From assembly GCA_012729335.1 (NCBI GenBank), contig JAAYDJ010000038.1, forward strand, positions 11,887-75,886: a DNA stretch of 64,000 nt. The letters are read 5' to 3'. Source of the stretch: Bacteroidales bacterium (GTDB lineage: Bacteria > Bacteroidota > Bacteroidia > Bacteroidales > Prolixibacteraceae). The notes beneath the pieces are model-generated. The model ran no database searches. It worked only from the letters and a program-made list of their open reading frames with translations, and was not told the origin of the DNA. Both the position numbers and the translations under genes were made by a program. Of the stretch, positions 1-8,912 are shown in pieces (positions within the stretch are counted from its first letter, which is position 1; each line of letters begins with the position of its first letter).

Positions 1-1239
1 CCGAAAACCTCTTCTTCACTCTGGAATCCCCCTGGAACCTCTTCTTCACCCCGTGACTCCCTGGGAACCATCTTTTCATCCCACGACTCCCTGGGCAAGA
101 CCCCACTAGAAGTGCTGACCGCCGACGAGGCGGTGCGCTTCGCCCTGGAACACCACCCCGGCGTGCAGGCCGCCGCCCTGAAAGTCCGCCAGGCCTCCCT
201 GATGGTCCCCGCAGGATTCAATCCTGAGAAAACGGCCCTGTTCTACAACTATGACCAAAACAACATCGCCGAAAACGGCCTGCCTATAAAAGTATGGGGC
301 CTCCGCCAAAACTTCAGCTTCCCCACCGTGTACACCTCCCGGACTAAACTCCTCAAAACGGTGACAGGCGTCGAGGAAGCCCGCTACCAACTGGTGGTCA
401 GGGAAACCGAAAGAAACGTCCGCCAGAAATACGACGAGGTACTCATCCTTTCCAGGAAAGTGACGCTCCTTCGTGAAATCGACAGCCTCTATCAGGCTAC
501 TGCCACCAGGTCTGATCTGAAATTCAGGGCGGGGGAGAGTAACCACCTCGAAAAACTGATGGCTGACAGCCGGCTGATCAAAGCACACCAGGCTCTGACG
601 GCTGCCGAAAATGACCTTTCCTCTGCCCGCGAGGAAATCTTTGCCCTTATGAATACCCCTGGCGGCTTCTCATTCCCCGGTGAGCTGCCCCATATGGCCT
701 CCCCCCGGGAGAGCCCCTCCGATCTTTCCCCCACAGAAAAACTCTTCGACAGGGAAGACCAGATGGCCAGGGCACAGCTCCAACTCGAAAGGAATAGCCT
801 CCTTCCCGATTTCGAACTGGAATATTTCCAGGGAACCAACCATGCCCCCGGATCCGACATCTACAGGGGCTTCACGGCTGGCTTGACCCTTCCCCTCTGG
901 TTCGGAGAACAAAAAGCCAAAATCCGCAGCGCTTCCCTCGACACCGAACTCAACCAACTGAACCGCAAAAACTGGACTCTGGCCCATGAGACCAGAGTGG
1001 CGCAGCTAAGACGGAACCTGACCCTCCTCGCGTCCAGTCTCAGCCAATACCTGGCAAAAGGCAGAGAAACTGCCTACGAACTCCGAAAAGCTGCCTCCCT
1101 CAGCCTCTCCCACGGCGAGATCGACTTCTTCCAGTACCTCATGGCCATCGAAAACGCCTCCGATCTGGAAAACGACTACCTCGACAAACTGCTCCAACAT
1201 AACCAGATGGTTTATGACCTAAATAGTCTTATCCCTTAA
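1..1239 (+). CDS. TolC-family outer membrane efflux protein (5' partial, or GTG start at 112)
   Basis: Frame 1 is open from the window edge to TAA 1237-1239. LTADEAVRFALEHHPGVQAA matches the usual start of the mature TolC/CzcC domain. A periplasmic adaptor gene follows directly. No signal peptide is visible within the window. Confidence 0.75.
   Translation, partial: PKTSSSLWNPPGTSSSPRDSLGTIFSSHDSLGKTPLEVLTADEAVRFALEHHPGVQAAALKVRQASLMVPAGFNPEKTALFYNYDQNNIAENGLPIKVWGLRQNFSFPTVYTSRTKLLKTVTGVEEARYQLVVRETERNVRQKYDEVLILSRKVTLLREIDSLYQATATRSDLKFRAGESNHLEKLMADSRLIKAHQALTAAENDLSSAREEIFALMNTPGGFSFPGELPHMASPRESPSDLSPTEKLFDREDQMARAQLQLERNSLLPDFELEYFQGTNHAPGSDIYRGFTAGLTLPLWFGEQKAKIRSASLDTELNQLNRKNWTLAHETRVAQLRRNLTLLASSLSQYLAKGRETAYELRKAASLSLSHGEIDFFQYLMAIENASDLENDYLDKLLQHNQMVYDLNSLIP
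3..93. repeat. 30-bp tandem repeat, about 3 copies, at the window edge
   Basis: Read directly: gaaaacctcttcttcactctggaatccccct / ggaacctcttcttcaccccgtgactccctg (34-63) / ggaaccatcttttcatcccacgactccctg (64-93). It may continue upstream of the window. Confidence 0.8.
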
Positions 1240-1255
1240 GAAACATAGATGTAAT

Positions 1256-2431
1256 ATGATAACTATATCCACCGGAATGAAAACTTCAACTAAAAAACGA
1301 CTCGCCCCTCTGATCATTGCTCTCCTCCCACTCGGGATGATGGTCCTGTCAGGATGCCACTCCCGCCAGGGGGAAGTGAAAACAGCCGAAAGCCAGCCCG
1401 AAGGCATGGAAATGCTTCAGCTCACACCTGACCAGATCGCTGCAAACGGCCTCGTTCTGGGTGAACCGTTTTTGCATACCTTTTCGGGAGTGGTGGAAGC
1501 TTCCGGACAACTGGAAGCCCTTCCACGAAACCGCGCAGCCGTTAACGCCGTCACCGGAGGAGTGATCCGCGACCTGACCCTCCTCCCGGGCGACCGCGTC
1601 AGCCGCGGTCAAACCCTCTTCAGAATCGAAAACCAGGAGCTGCTTCAACTTCAGGAAGATTACCTTACCGCTTTGGCTTCCCTGGCCTTCCTCAAAGATG
1701 ACTACGAACGCCAGAAACTCCTGGCTGAAGAAAATATCTCCGCACGTAAGCAGTTCCTCAAGGCCGAAAGCGACTACCTCTCCACCCAGGCCCGCATCAC
1801 CGCCCTCGAAGCCCGCCTGAACCTCCTTCGTATCGACAGGGAAGTCCTCCGCCAGGGACGACTCACCGCTGCCGTTCCCGTTATTTCACCGATCAGCGGT
1901 TTTGTGGCCTCCGTCTCAGAGAATAATGGCGTCTTCGTCTCCCCCGAAAACCCCGTGCTGGAAATCGTAGAAACTTCCCCCCTGATGGTTACTCTCCAGG
2001 TTTTCGAAAAGGATATCCCTCAGATCAACACCGGTCAGCTGGTCCGCTTCAGAGTTCCCGAAGTCTCTGCCGATACCCTGGAAGCTTCCGTAGTGACCTC
2101 AGGAAAAGCCCTCAGCGATCTCCGGACGGTCACAGTACACGCCCTGTTCACTCCAGGGAAAAACTCTTCCTACCTTCCCGGAATGTTCGTCAAAGCCGAG
2201 ATCATCACCGGCAGCCACCAGGCCTTGGCCCTCCCCCTTGAAGCCCTTATCTCCGGGGAAGAGGGCGAATTTGTCCTGGTCAGAAGCGATCCCCGGAACG
2301 ACCTCTGGATCCTTAAAAAGGTGAAGGTAATCTCCGGTATGAAACAGGGTAACCTGGTGGAAATCCTTTCCCCGGGCATCACCCCGGGCGATCAGGTAGT
2401 CGTCAATGGTGCCTTCAGCGTGGCCCAGTAA
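1256..2431 (+). CDS. Efflux RND/HlyD-family periplasmic adaptor subunit (lipoprotein)
   Basis: Signal peptide with lipobox MMVLSGC. A coiled-coil segment (QLQEDYLTALASLAFLKDDYERQK) lies between beta-barrel-like segments, as is typical of membrane fusion proteins. It sits 17 nt after the TolC-like stop. Alternative start ATG 1277. Confidence 0.85.
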   Translation: MITISTGMKTSTKKRLAPLIIALLPLGMMVLSGCHSRQGEVKTAESQPEGMEMLQLTPDQIAANGLVLGEPFLHTFSGVVEASGQLEALPRNRAAVNAVTGGVIRDLTLLPGDRVSRGQTLFRIENQELLQLQEDYLTALASLAFLKDDYERQKLLAEENISARKQFLKAESDYLSTQARITALEARLNLLRIDREVLRQGRLTAAVPVISPISGFVASVSENNGVFVSPENPVLEIVETSPLMVTLQVFEKDIPQINTGQLVRFRVPEVSADTLEASVVTSGKALSDLRTVTVHALFTPGKNSSYLPGMFVKAEIITGSHQALALPLEALISGEEGEFVLVRSDPRNDLWILKKVKVISGMKQGNLVEILSPGITPGDQVVVNGAFSVAQ

Positions 2432-2529
2432 AATGCCCCCTGACATCAAAGCGTTTACAAAAGACGTATTCATGAGCATTACAGATGCAATGAACAATAA
2501 CACGGCACACCCCAAATCGCTGTAATCGT

Positions 2530-2537
2530 TATTTTTG
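2530..2537 (+). promoter_or_regulatory. TAnnTTTG -7 promoter element upstream of ung
   Basis: tatttttg read directly. Its final G lies only 7 nt before ATG 2544, implying a leaderless or very short-leader mRNA. Confidence 0.4.
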
Positions 2538-2543
2538 TCCACT

Positions 2544-3206
2544 ATGGATGTCAGAATTGAAACCTCATGGAAACAACGCCTGGAGGAGGAGTTTGAAAAA
2601 CCCTATTTCGGGGAGCTGATCCGTTTTGTCAGGCAGGAGTACGCCACCCATACGGTCTTTCCTCCCGGAAAACTGATTTTCAATGCTTTTGACCATTGTC
2701 CCTTTGATCAGGTGAAAGTGGTTATACTGGGACAGGATCCCTACCATGGGCCCGGACAGGCCCACGGGCTCTGCTTTTCGGTGCCCGATGGGGTACCCTT
2801 TCCTCCTTCACTCCAGAATATCTTCACAGAAATCGATAAGGACCTGGGAGTGCCTGTGCCTGCCAGCGGCAACCTGGAACGGTGGGCCAACCAGGGAGTC
2901 TTCCTCCTCAACGCCACCCTGACCGTCAGGGCCCACCAGGCCGGATCACACCAGAATAAGGGATGGGAACGCTTCACCGACAGCGTCATCCACCTCCTGG
3001 CCGAAAACCGGGAACACCTGGTGTTCATGCTCTGGGGAAGCTATGCCCAGCAAAAAGGGAGATTCATTGATGCCTCGCGCCACCTCGTCCTCCAGTCGGT
3101 CCACCCGTCACCCCTCTCGGCCTACCGCGGCTTCTTTGGTAACCGCCACTTCAGCCAGGCCAACGCTTACCTGGCCACCCACGGACTGGAGCCCATCCAC
3201 TGGTAA
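2544..3206 (+). CDS. ung: Uracil-DNA glycosylase, family 1
   Basis: Motifs [18 protein letters not shown] and HPSPLSA are present. The length is about 220 aa. The first ATG in the ORF is at 2544; the ORF track starts at a TTG at 2535. Confidence 0.95.
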   Translation: MDVRIETSWKQRLEEEFEKPYFGELIRFVRQEYATHTVFPPGKLIFNAFDHCPFDQVKVVILGQDPYHGPGQAHGLCFSVPDGVPFPPSLQNIFTEIDKDLGVPVPASGNLERWANQGVFLLNATLTVRAHQAGSHQNKGWERFTDSVIHLLAENREHLVFMLWGSYAQQKGRFIDASRHLVLQSVHPSPLSAYRGFFGNRHFSQANAYLATHGLEPIHW

Positions 3207-3218
3207 GCCCTGCACGGA

Positions 3219-4430
3219 CTATCCACGTTTCATCCTGCGGGTGACCACCTGCACGAGAAGTATCATGGCCAGGGTGCATCCGGCCAGCAAGAGGGGAAAA
3301 TAACCGATGCCGGCACGCTCTGAAAGCACTCCGGTAATGTAGTTCAGCAGGGTGTTCCCGGTAAGGGCCATAATGATGACGATGCTGAAGGCCGTTCCCG
3401 AAAGGGTAGGGTACCGCTCGGCTGTGAAACCCAGGACCACCGGAAACCCGGCGGCAAAACCCGCCCCGAAGAGCACCATGGCCACCACCACCACGGCAAA
3501 AGACCGGGCATAAAACAATACCATCGAAGCAGCCAGGATCAGTGCCAAACCAATAAACAACACCCTGGCCGCCGGAATCCTTTTCAACAGCCGGCTGAGG
3601 AGCAACCGCGCCACAACCAGGGCCGCAATCTGCACCGAAAGGGCCACCAGCGCCCTCTCCACCGCAATCTCCCGGTTCTCCAGAAAGGTGGTGGTCCAGT
3701 TGCTGACCATTCCTTCCACCCCGCTCTCAAAGAAGAGGATCGCTCCCAGCAGCCACAACAGGGGATGCCTGAGTAGCGCCATCCCCTCTCGCAGTGGAAA
3801 ACCCTGCCGCTGCTTGGGCTCCGGAAAAGTGAGCTGTAAAAAGAATAGGAGAGGAAGAATGAGAAAAAAGCCAATGGCCGAGAGAATGGTGCGGTAATCC
3901 CAGATCTGGCTGAGAGCACCGATAAGCAGGGGCATCCCCAACGCCCCTAAGCCGAAGAACACCCCCAGCAGGCTTAACCCGGCTCCCTTGCTGTCGGCTG
4001 TCACATCGGCCGCCAACGCGTTGGTGGCCCCGTTTAGGGTGCCGCCACCCAGCCCGATCCCAAAAAAACTGAGCTGTAAAACCAGCAACGATGGAGCATA
4101 GGCTATGGCCTGCAGCGCCACCAATATCACCAGGGTGGCCCCCGCCAGCAAATACTTGTACCCGTACCGGTCGGCCACCGGACCGAAAACCACCGATCCG
4201 GCCAGCATCCCAAATGGGAGTGACGACGCCAGAGAGGCCGCCTCCACCGTAGTCAGCCCAAACCTGGACTGGATAAAGGTCGATATGGTCCCCAGCGACA
4301 AAAATGCAATCCCAAAAAGCAGCATCCCCGCACAGGCGGCTGCAAATACCCGTCCTGGGTGGTAAGCCCTCTTCCCTGAGGCACGGAAATAAGCTGCCCC
4401 CGATAACGTGGCGGTTGGTTTGTCGTTCAT
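3219..4430 (-). CDS. MFS transporter
   Basis: About 12 hydrophobic helices. MFS-like loop GPVADRYGYKYLL follows TM2. Start chosen at MNDKPT (ATG 4430), which is preceded by a promoter motif. The longer ORF to 4583 has a non-membrane, unlikely N-terminus. Confidence 0.8.
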   Translation of the reverse strand: MNDKPTATLSGAAYFRASGKRAYHPGRVFAAACAGMLLFGIAFLSLGTISTFIQSRFGLTTVEAASLASSLPFGMLAGSVVFGPVADRYGYKYLLAGATLVILVALQAIAYAPSLLVLQLSFFGIGLGGGTLNGATNALAADVTADSKGAGLSLLGVFFGLGALGMPLLIGALSQIWDYRTILSAIGFFLILPLLFFLQLTFPEPKQRQGFPLREGMALLRHPLLWLLGAILFFESGVEGMVSNWTTTFLENREIAVERALVALSVQIAALVVARLLLSRLLKRIPAARVLFIGLALILAASMVLFYARSFAVVVVAMVLFGAGFAAGFPVVLGFTAERYPTLSGTAFSIVIIMALTGNTLLNYITGVLSERAGIGYFPLLLAGCTLAMILLVQVVTRRMKRG

Positions 4431-4450
4431 ATGCCTGGCTTGTTTAATGA

Positions 4451-4458
4451 CAAATATA
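4451..4458 (-). promoter_or_regulatory. TAnnTTTG -7 promoter element upstream of the MFS transporter gene
   Basis: The minus strand reads tatatttg, 21 nt upstream of ATG 4430. Confidence 0.45.
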
Positions 4459-4757
4459 CCACTCTTTACCTTATGAAAGCCGCATGGTGCACCGACCTCA
4501 TAATGACATGCGTATTTGCCCCATGCGAAACGAAGTTCGGCGGAGCACCGCGGAGCCAATTCCATGGGCGTGAAGCACATCAACTGGCTTCAAAACGGCA
4601 GATAACTGAAGAGCAAGTCATTAACAAACAACCATACTAATGAAAAACCGATGCAAAACACTTGTTTATTATAGGATTTAGTCTTAACTTTCATACATTG
4701 AAAATGACTGCGGCATATTTGTCGGCCAGTTAAACAGAAAACAAAAGATCTGAAATT

Positions 4758-5240
4758 ATGAGAAGTTTAATGAAGGTTATGATTCTGGGGGTGGGATTCC
4801 TCCTGCCTTTCGCCGGAAACGCACAACAGGTGGTGGCCTCCGCAGGCAGCCACGGCACCGGTACCAATGTGCAGCTCTCCTGGACGGTTGGTGAAACGGT
4901 CATCGAAACCTTTACCGGCAGCTCCGCCATCCTGACTCAGGGTTTCCACCAAAGCAAACTGCTGGTTACCGCCCTGGATCCCCTTCTGCTTCCCGGACTT
5001 ACCCTTACCGTTTACCCCAACCCCGTCTCCGAAACCCTCCTGCTCGACTTCCAGGGAGAGATTCCCCAGGGGATATCCTATCACCTCTACGACATCGGGG
5101 GAAAAGTAATCCGCTCGGGCGTGGTGAATCAATTCCCGGGGAAAATAGGAATGGAGCAGTGCACTCCCGGAACTTACCTCCTGAAGGTGCTCAAAAATGA
5201 GCAAACCCCACTGAAAACCTTCCGGATCGTTAAAAACTGA
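4758..5240 (+). CDS. Small secreted protein with T9SS C-terminal sorting domain
   Basis: N-terminal signal peptide (ILGVGFLLPFAGNAQQ). C-terminal LTVYPNPVSETLLLDF...PGTYLLKVLKNEQTPLKTFRIVKN matches the T9SS type A sorting domain pattern. Confidence 0.8.
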   Translation: MRSLMKVMILGVGFLLPFAGNAQQVVASAGSHGTGTNVQLSWTVGETVIETFTGSSAILTQGFHQSKLLVTALDPLLLPGLTLTVYPNPVSETLLLDFQGEIPQGISYHLYDIGGKVIRSGVVNQFPGKIGMEQCTPGTYLLKVLKNEQTPLKTFRIVKN

Positions 5241-5254
5241 TCCCTCTCTGAGGT

Positions 5255-6580
5255 CTATTCAAAAATGATCCTGGCTCCGGGATCGCCCAGACGGGACTTG
5301 ATCCACGCCCTGACCTTTTCCTTTTCCGCTTCCGGCAATCCGTTTTCCTTTAATGTGAAAAGCACAAGTGAAGTCTTCACTGGCTCGCCGGGTTTTCCGG
5401 TTTCATAGAGCCATGAATCAAAATAGGTGCATCCATCGACCTGCGGAAACAAGGCCTCCGCTTCCTTCAGCAACGCCTCTCCAATCATCTCCTTGCGCCG
5501 CAGACTGTCAATCACAAGCTCCTTCTCCTTGAGCGCCTGGTTCAGCATAATCAGCTCCTCCCTTAACCTGAGCAACTCCTGATTCTGGGTCCCCTTGCTG
5601 TCAAAGGAAAGCCCCTGCTTAACCGTCACCACGGCTTTATGGAGGTTGAAATCGCTTTTCCGGCTGATAATGGTCTGCTTCTGCCCCTCCGAAAGATCCA
5701 TCCCTCCATACACCAGGGCAATCTCCTTCCGGTCGGGATTGATATCACTGGTAAGCAAATAATTGCCTTCAAACATGCTGATGTTGGCAATGTACTTCCC
5801 CGCATTTTCATTGAAACGCTCCTTCTGCACCAGACCGTATCCAAAATAGATACTGGGAATGAGCACCAGGGCAATCACCAGGGAGATCCACTGGTTGACC
5901 CGCTTCTTCTGCCCGGGGGAAATCAAGGTGCGTATGGGGAATTTCAGAAACTGGGAGACCGCCACGGAGGCCAGGGCAATAAACACCGTGTTGATGGTAA
6001 ACAGATAAATCGCCCCGAAGAAAAAATCAAACTGCGCGGTCGCCAAACCATACCCCGCGGTACATAAAGGCGGCATCAGCGCCGTGGCTATGGCCACCCC
6101 GGGAATCACATTCCCCTTCTGCTTGCTGCTGATGGCCACAATCCCCGCCAACCCGCCAAAAAGGGCAATCAATACATCATAAATCGTGGGACTCGTACGG
6201 GCCAGCAATTCAGAATGGGCGGTCGATATCGGACTCAACGCAAAATAGGTCGTGCTGGCCACCAGACTCGTGCCTACCGCAAAAGTGAAATTCTTGACCG
6301 ACTGCTTGAAGAGTTCAAAATTGTAAGTGGCGATGCTGTAACCCATCCCGTTGATGGGGCCCATCAGCGGAGAAATTAACATAGCCCCGATGATCACCGC
6401 TGTGGAATTCATGTTGAGACCTACAGATGCCACAATGATGGCAAAACCCAAAATCCAGAGATTCGTACCCTTGAAAACAATCCCTTTCAGGATCTCCTCA
6501 TGCACGACATCGTTATCCTCCAGCTCCGACTCCAGATCGAAGTACCGGAGAATATTCCTGATTCGCTCAATCGGTCTCAT
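5255..6580 (-). CDS. DUF389-family integral membrane protein
   Basis: LWILGFAIIVASVGLNMNSTAVIIGAMLISPLMGPINGMG and the repeated hydrophobic block match my recollection of DUF389/TIGR00341 proteins. Start chosen at MRPIERIR (ATG 6580). Confidence 0.7.
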   Translation of the reverse strand: MRPIERIRNILRYFDLESELEDNDVVHEEILKGIVFKGTNLWILGFAIIVASVGLNMNSTAVIIGAMLISPLMGPINGMGYSIATYNFELFKQSVKNFTFAVGTSLVASTTYFALSPISTAHSELLARTSPTIYDVLIALFGGLAGIVAISSKQKGNVIPGVAIATALMPPLCTAGYGLATAQFDFFFGAIYLFTINTVFIALASVAVSQFLKFPIRTLISPGQKKRVNQWISLVIALVLIPSIYFGYGLVQKERFNENAGKYIANISMFEGNYLLTSDINPDRKEIALVYGGMDLSEGQKQTIISRKSDFNLHKAVVTVKQGLSFDSKGTQNQELLRLREELIMLNQALKEKELVIDSLRRKEMIGEALLKEAEALFPQVDGCTYFDSWLYETGKPGEPVKTSLVLFTLKENGLPEAEKEKVRAWIKSRLGDPGARIIFE

Positions 6581-6587
6581 ATCACGG

Positions 6588-7094
6588 TTATAAATTTCCC
6601 AGATAATAGTTGAATCCCACCCCAAACCTTTCAAACTTGCCGGCCTGGAACTGTATGCCATACCTGTCATTTAGACGGTAGTCCAAGATGATCCCCACAT
6701 TCAGATAGTTCCGCTCATTGTACAGATAAAAGGTGGGTTTCGGCTCAGGGGTTTGCCAGATGTCAAATGTCCAGCCTACTCCCACCTTGGGAATGATATT
6801 GAAACGGCTGAACCTGATGATATACCCCGCATTCACCACTCCCGCACGCTGATAGTCCAGCAAATGGGTACTGCTGTTGCTCCTCAGCTGGGAACGACCT
6901 TCCCCCCTGGCAAAATTCGACGACATGTCAAAATGAAAACGGGAAGCCTGTACCGAAAAACCGGCCCCAAAAGCCGACTTGTCCAGATCAAAATAATTCA
7001 CATGCATCCCAACCCTGACGGGTGTTCCTTTTGCCGCCATTTCCATCGCCGGAAACAACAAACCCACCCATATCAGTAACTTTAAATACTTCAT
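6588..7094 (-). CDS. Small outer membrane beta-barrel (porin-family) protein
   Basis: Signal peptide MKYLKLLIWVGLLFPAMEMAA. Alternating hydrophobic beta-strand pattern. Aromatic-rich C-terminus GVGFNYYLGNL. Confidence 0.65.
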   Translation of the reverse strand: MKYLKLLIWVGLLFPAMEMAAKGTPVRVGMHVNYFDLDKSAFGAGFSVQASRFHFDMSSNFARGEGRSQLRSNSSTHLLDYQRAGVVNAGYIIRFSRFNIIPKVGVGWTFDIWQTPEPKPTFYLYNERNYLNVGIILDYRLNDRYGIQFQAGKFERFGVGFNYYLGNL

Positions 7095-7251
7095 TAAAAA
7101 ACATTTACTGGGGTTAACCCCGATTATCCATGCGCTGAATCTACCTCTTTTAAAGCTGACCAGCCTCCCTTCCAAAAGGGCCTAAAATTAACGCTTGTTT
7201 TTTATCTGTAAAAGTCAAAACGCTGTTTTACAAAAAATATTTGGCTCTCCA

Positions 7252-7259
7252 TATTTTTG
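7252..7259 (+). promoter_or_regulatory. TAnnTTTG element upstream of small ORF 7298-7441
   Basis: tatttttg read directly, 39 nt upstream of ATG 7298. Confidence 0.3.
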
Positions 7260-7297
7260 TTGCTCCCGGGGCACCACATAATGCTATCATAATCAAT

Positions 7298-7441
7298 ATG
7301 GACTATCGGAAAATTCTTGGATCGGCCGCGTTTTCGCTGCTCTTCACGGGTATTCTTCAGGCGGGGGAGAAGGGGTACTACCGCTTTCCGGCCCTGCAGG
7401 ATCCTCTTTACTTTCCGATACAGAAGTTCTTGAAGATATAA
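7298..7441 (+). CDS. 47-aa ORF with signal-peptide-like N-terminus; possible remnant of a larger gene
   Basis: MDYRKILGSAAFSLLFTGILQAGEKGYYRFPAL... then no recognisable fold. The ORF overlaps the convergent mnmE 3' end by 34 nt. See findings. Confidence 0.2.
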   Translation: MDYRKILGSAAFSLLFTGILQAGEKGYYRFPALQDPLYFPIQKFLKI

Positions 7442-8802
7442 CCGAGAACTTCATCCTCGGAAATATCACCGGTGATACTCCCCAGATACCAGAGGCACTC
7501 CCTGATGTCCTGGGCCAGCAAATCGCCGGGGATCTGCTGCTCCAGCCCCTCCTGCACACGCAGGATGGCCTCCCGGGCGTGCACTAGCGCCTCGTAATGG
7601 CGGAGATTGCTCACGATGACCTCGTGGGCGCCCACCTTATTGGCGGACAGGGTTTCCTGCATCCGCACGATCAGCTCCCCCAGGTTTTCCCGGCTTTTGG
7701 CCGACAGGAAAACCAGATCTTCATTCTCCCGCAGGGGCAGGGCTTTCAGGGCCGCCGCGGTCTCCGCCAGCTGCCTGTCGGCTTTGTTCGCCGTGATGAT
7801 CAGATGCTGCCGGTCGATATGCCCCCTGATCTGTTCGATCAGCTTCAATACCGCCGTCCATGAACTGGTCAGATCCACTACCAGCAATACAATCTCGGCC
7901 TGCCGTAACTTGCTGAAAGTACGCTCAATCCCCATGGTTTCTATGGCATCATGGGTCTCCCTGATGCCGGCGGTGTCGAAAAACCGGAAAGCCGTCCCAT
8001 GAATGTTGACCACATCCTCGATGACATCGCGCGTGGTCCCGTGAATATCGCTCACGATGGCTTTCTCCTCGTTGAGCAGGGCATTCAGCAGGGTTGACTT
8101 GCCCACATTGGTCTCCCCGGCGATCACCACCGGAATCCCGTTTTTGATAGCGTTCCCCAGGCGGAAGGAGCCCGCCAGCCTGGAAAGCAGGGCTTCTATT
8201 TCAACGGTCAGCGCCTTGAGGGCAACCCGGTCGGCAAACTCGACATCCTCCTCGCTGAAATCAAGTTCCAGTTCCACCAGGGCCGTAAAACGCAGCAACT
8301 GCTCCCTGAGGTGGCGGATCTCGGCCGAGAAGCCGCCCCGCATCTGATGGAGGGCAATCCGGTGGGCCGCCTCGTTCGTCGAGGCAATCAGGTCGGCCAC
8401 GGCTTCCGCCTGGCTCAGGTCCATCCGCCCGTTGAGAAAGGCCCGCTGCGTAAACTCCCCCGGGGCAGCTATCCGCGCCCCACGACTGATCAGTAACTCC
8501 AGTATCCGTTGCTGGATATAGAGACTTCCATGACAAGATATCTCCACCACATCCTCACCCGTATAACTGTGGGGCCCCCTGAACAGAGCCACCACCACCT
8601 CGTCGATCTCCCGGCTGCCATCGGTTATCCACCCCACATGAAGCGTCCGCGCCGGCTCCCCGCTTAAGGAAACCCCGCGGGCATGGCTCCTGAAAACAGA
8701 CTCCGCCACAGGCAAAGCCTCCGGACCCGACAGCCTGATCACCGCCATACCCCCACTCCCCGGGGGCGTCGATATGGCACATATGGTGGACGCATCTCTC
8801 AT
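7408..8802 (-). CDS. mnmE: tRNA uridine-5-carboxymethylaminomethyl modification GTPase MnmE
   Basis: N-terminal ICAISTPPGSGGMAVIRLSG, G1 motif GETNVGKSTLLNAL, and the invariant C-terminal FCIGK. First ATG at 8802. Confidence 0.95.
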   Translation of the reverse strand: MRDASTICAISTPPGSGGMAVIRLSGPEALPVAESVFRSHARGVSLSGEPARTLHVGWITDGSREIDEVVVALFRGPHSYTGEDVVEISCHGSLYIQQRILELLISRGARIAAPGEFTQRAFLNGRMDLSQAEAVADLIASTNEAAHRIALHQMRGGFSAEIRHLREQLLRFTALVELELDFSEEDVEFADRVALKALTVEIEALLSRLAGSFRLGNAIKNGIPVVIAGETNVGKSTLLNALLNEEKAIVSDIHGTTRDVIEDVVNIHGTAFRFFDTAGIRETHDAIETMGIERTFSKLRQAEIVLLVVDLTSSWTAVLKLIEQIRGHIDRQHLIITANKADRQLAETAAALKALPLRENEDLVFLSAKSRENLGELIVRMQETLSANKVGAHEVIVSNLRHYEALVHAREAILRVQEGLEQQIPGDLLAQDIRECLWYLGSITGDISEDEVLGYIFKNFCIGK

Positions 8803-8881
8803 GACTTCTCCTTTTTTCTTCAAAATTACCCATTCACTCCATCATAGAAAATAAAAATCGCTACTGTTTCCAAAACAATAT

Positions 8882-8889
8882 TATTTTTG
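8882..8889 (+). promoter_or_regulatory. TAnnTTTG -7 promoter element upstream of the sirtuin gene
   Basis: tatttttg, 24 nt upstream of ATG 8913. Confidence 0.45.
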
Positions 8890-8912
8890 TTAATCACCGA
8901 ACCGGAATATCT

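Noticed and set aside
1-2431. An efflux operon lacking its inner-membrane pump (TolC-like plus adaptor, followed directly by ung).
   Set aside because: The pump gene could lie upstream of the window edge, so its absence cannot be established from this window.
5215-5275. A short imperfect direct repeat (ttaaaaactgatcc / ttcaaaaatgatcc) at the convergent junction of the T9SS small protein and the DUF389 gene, as a fourth gene-end duplication.
   Set aside because: Only about 14 nt match, with mismatches and an indel. That is too short and degenerate to distinguish from chance similarity of two A-rich gene ends.
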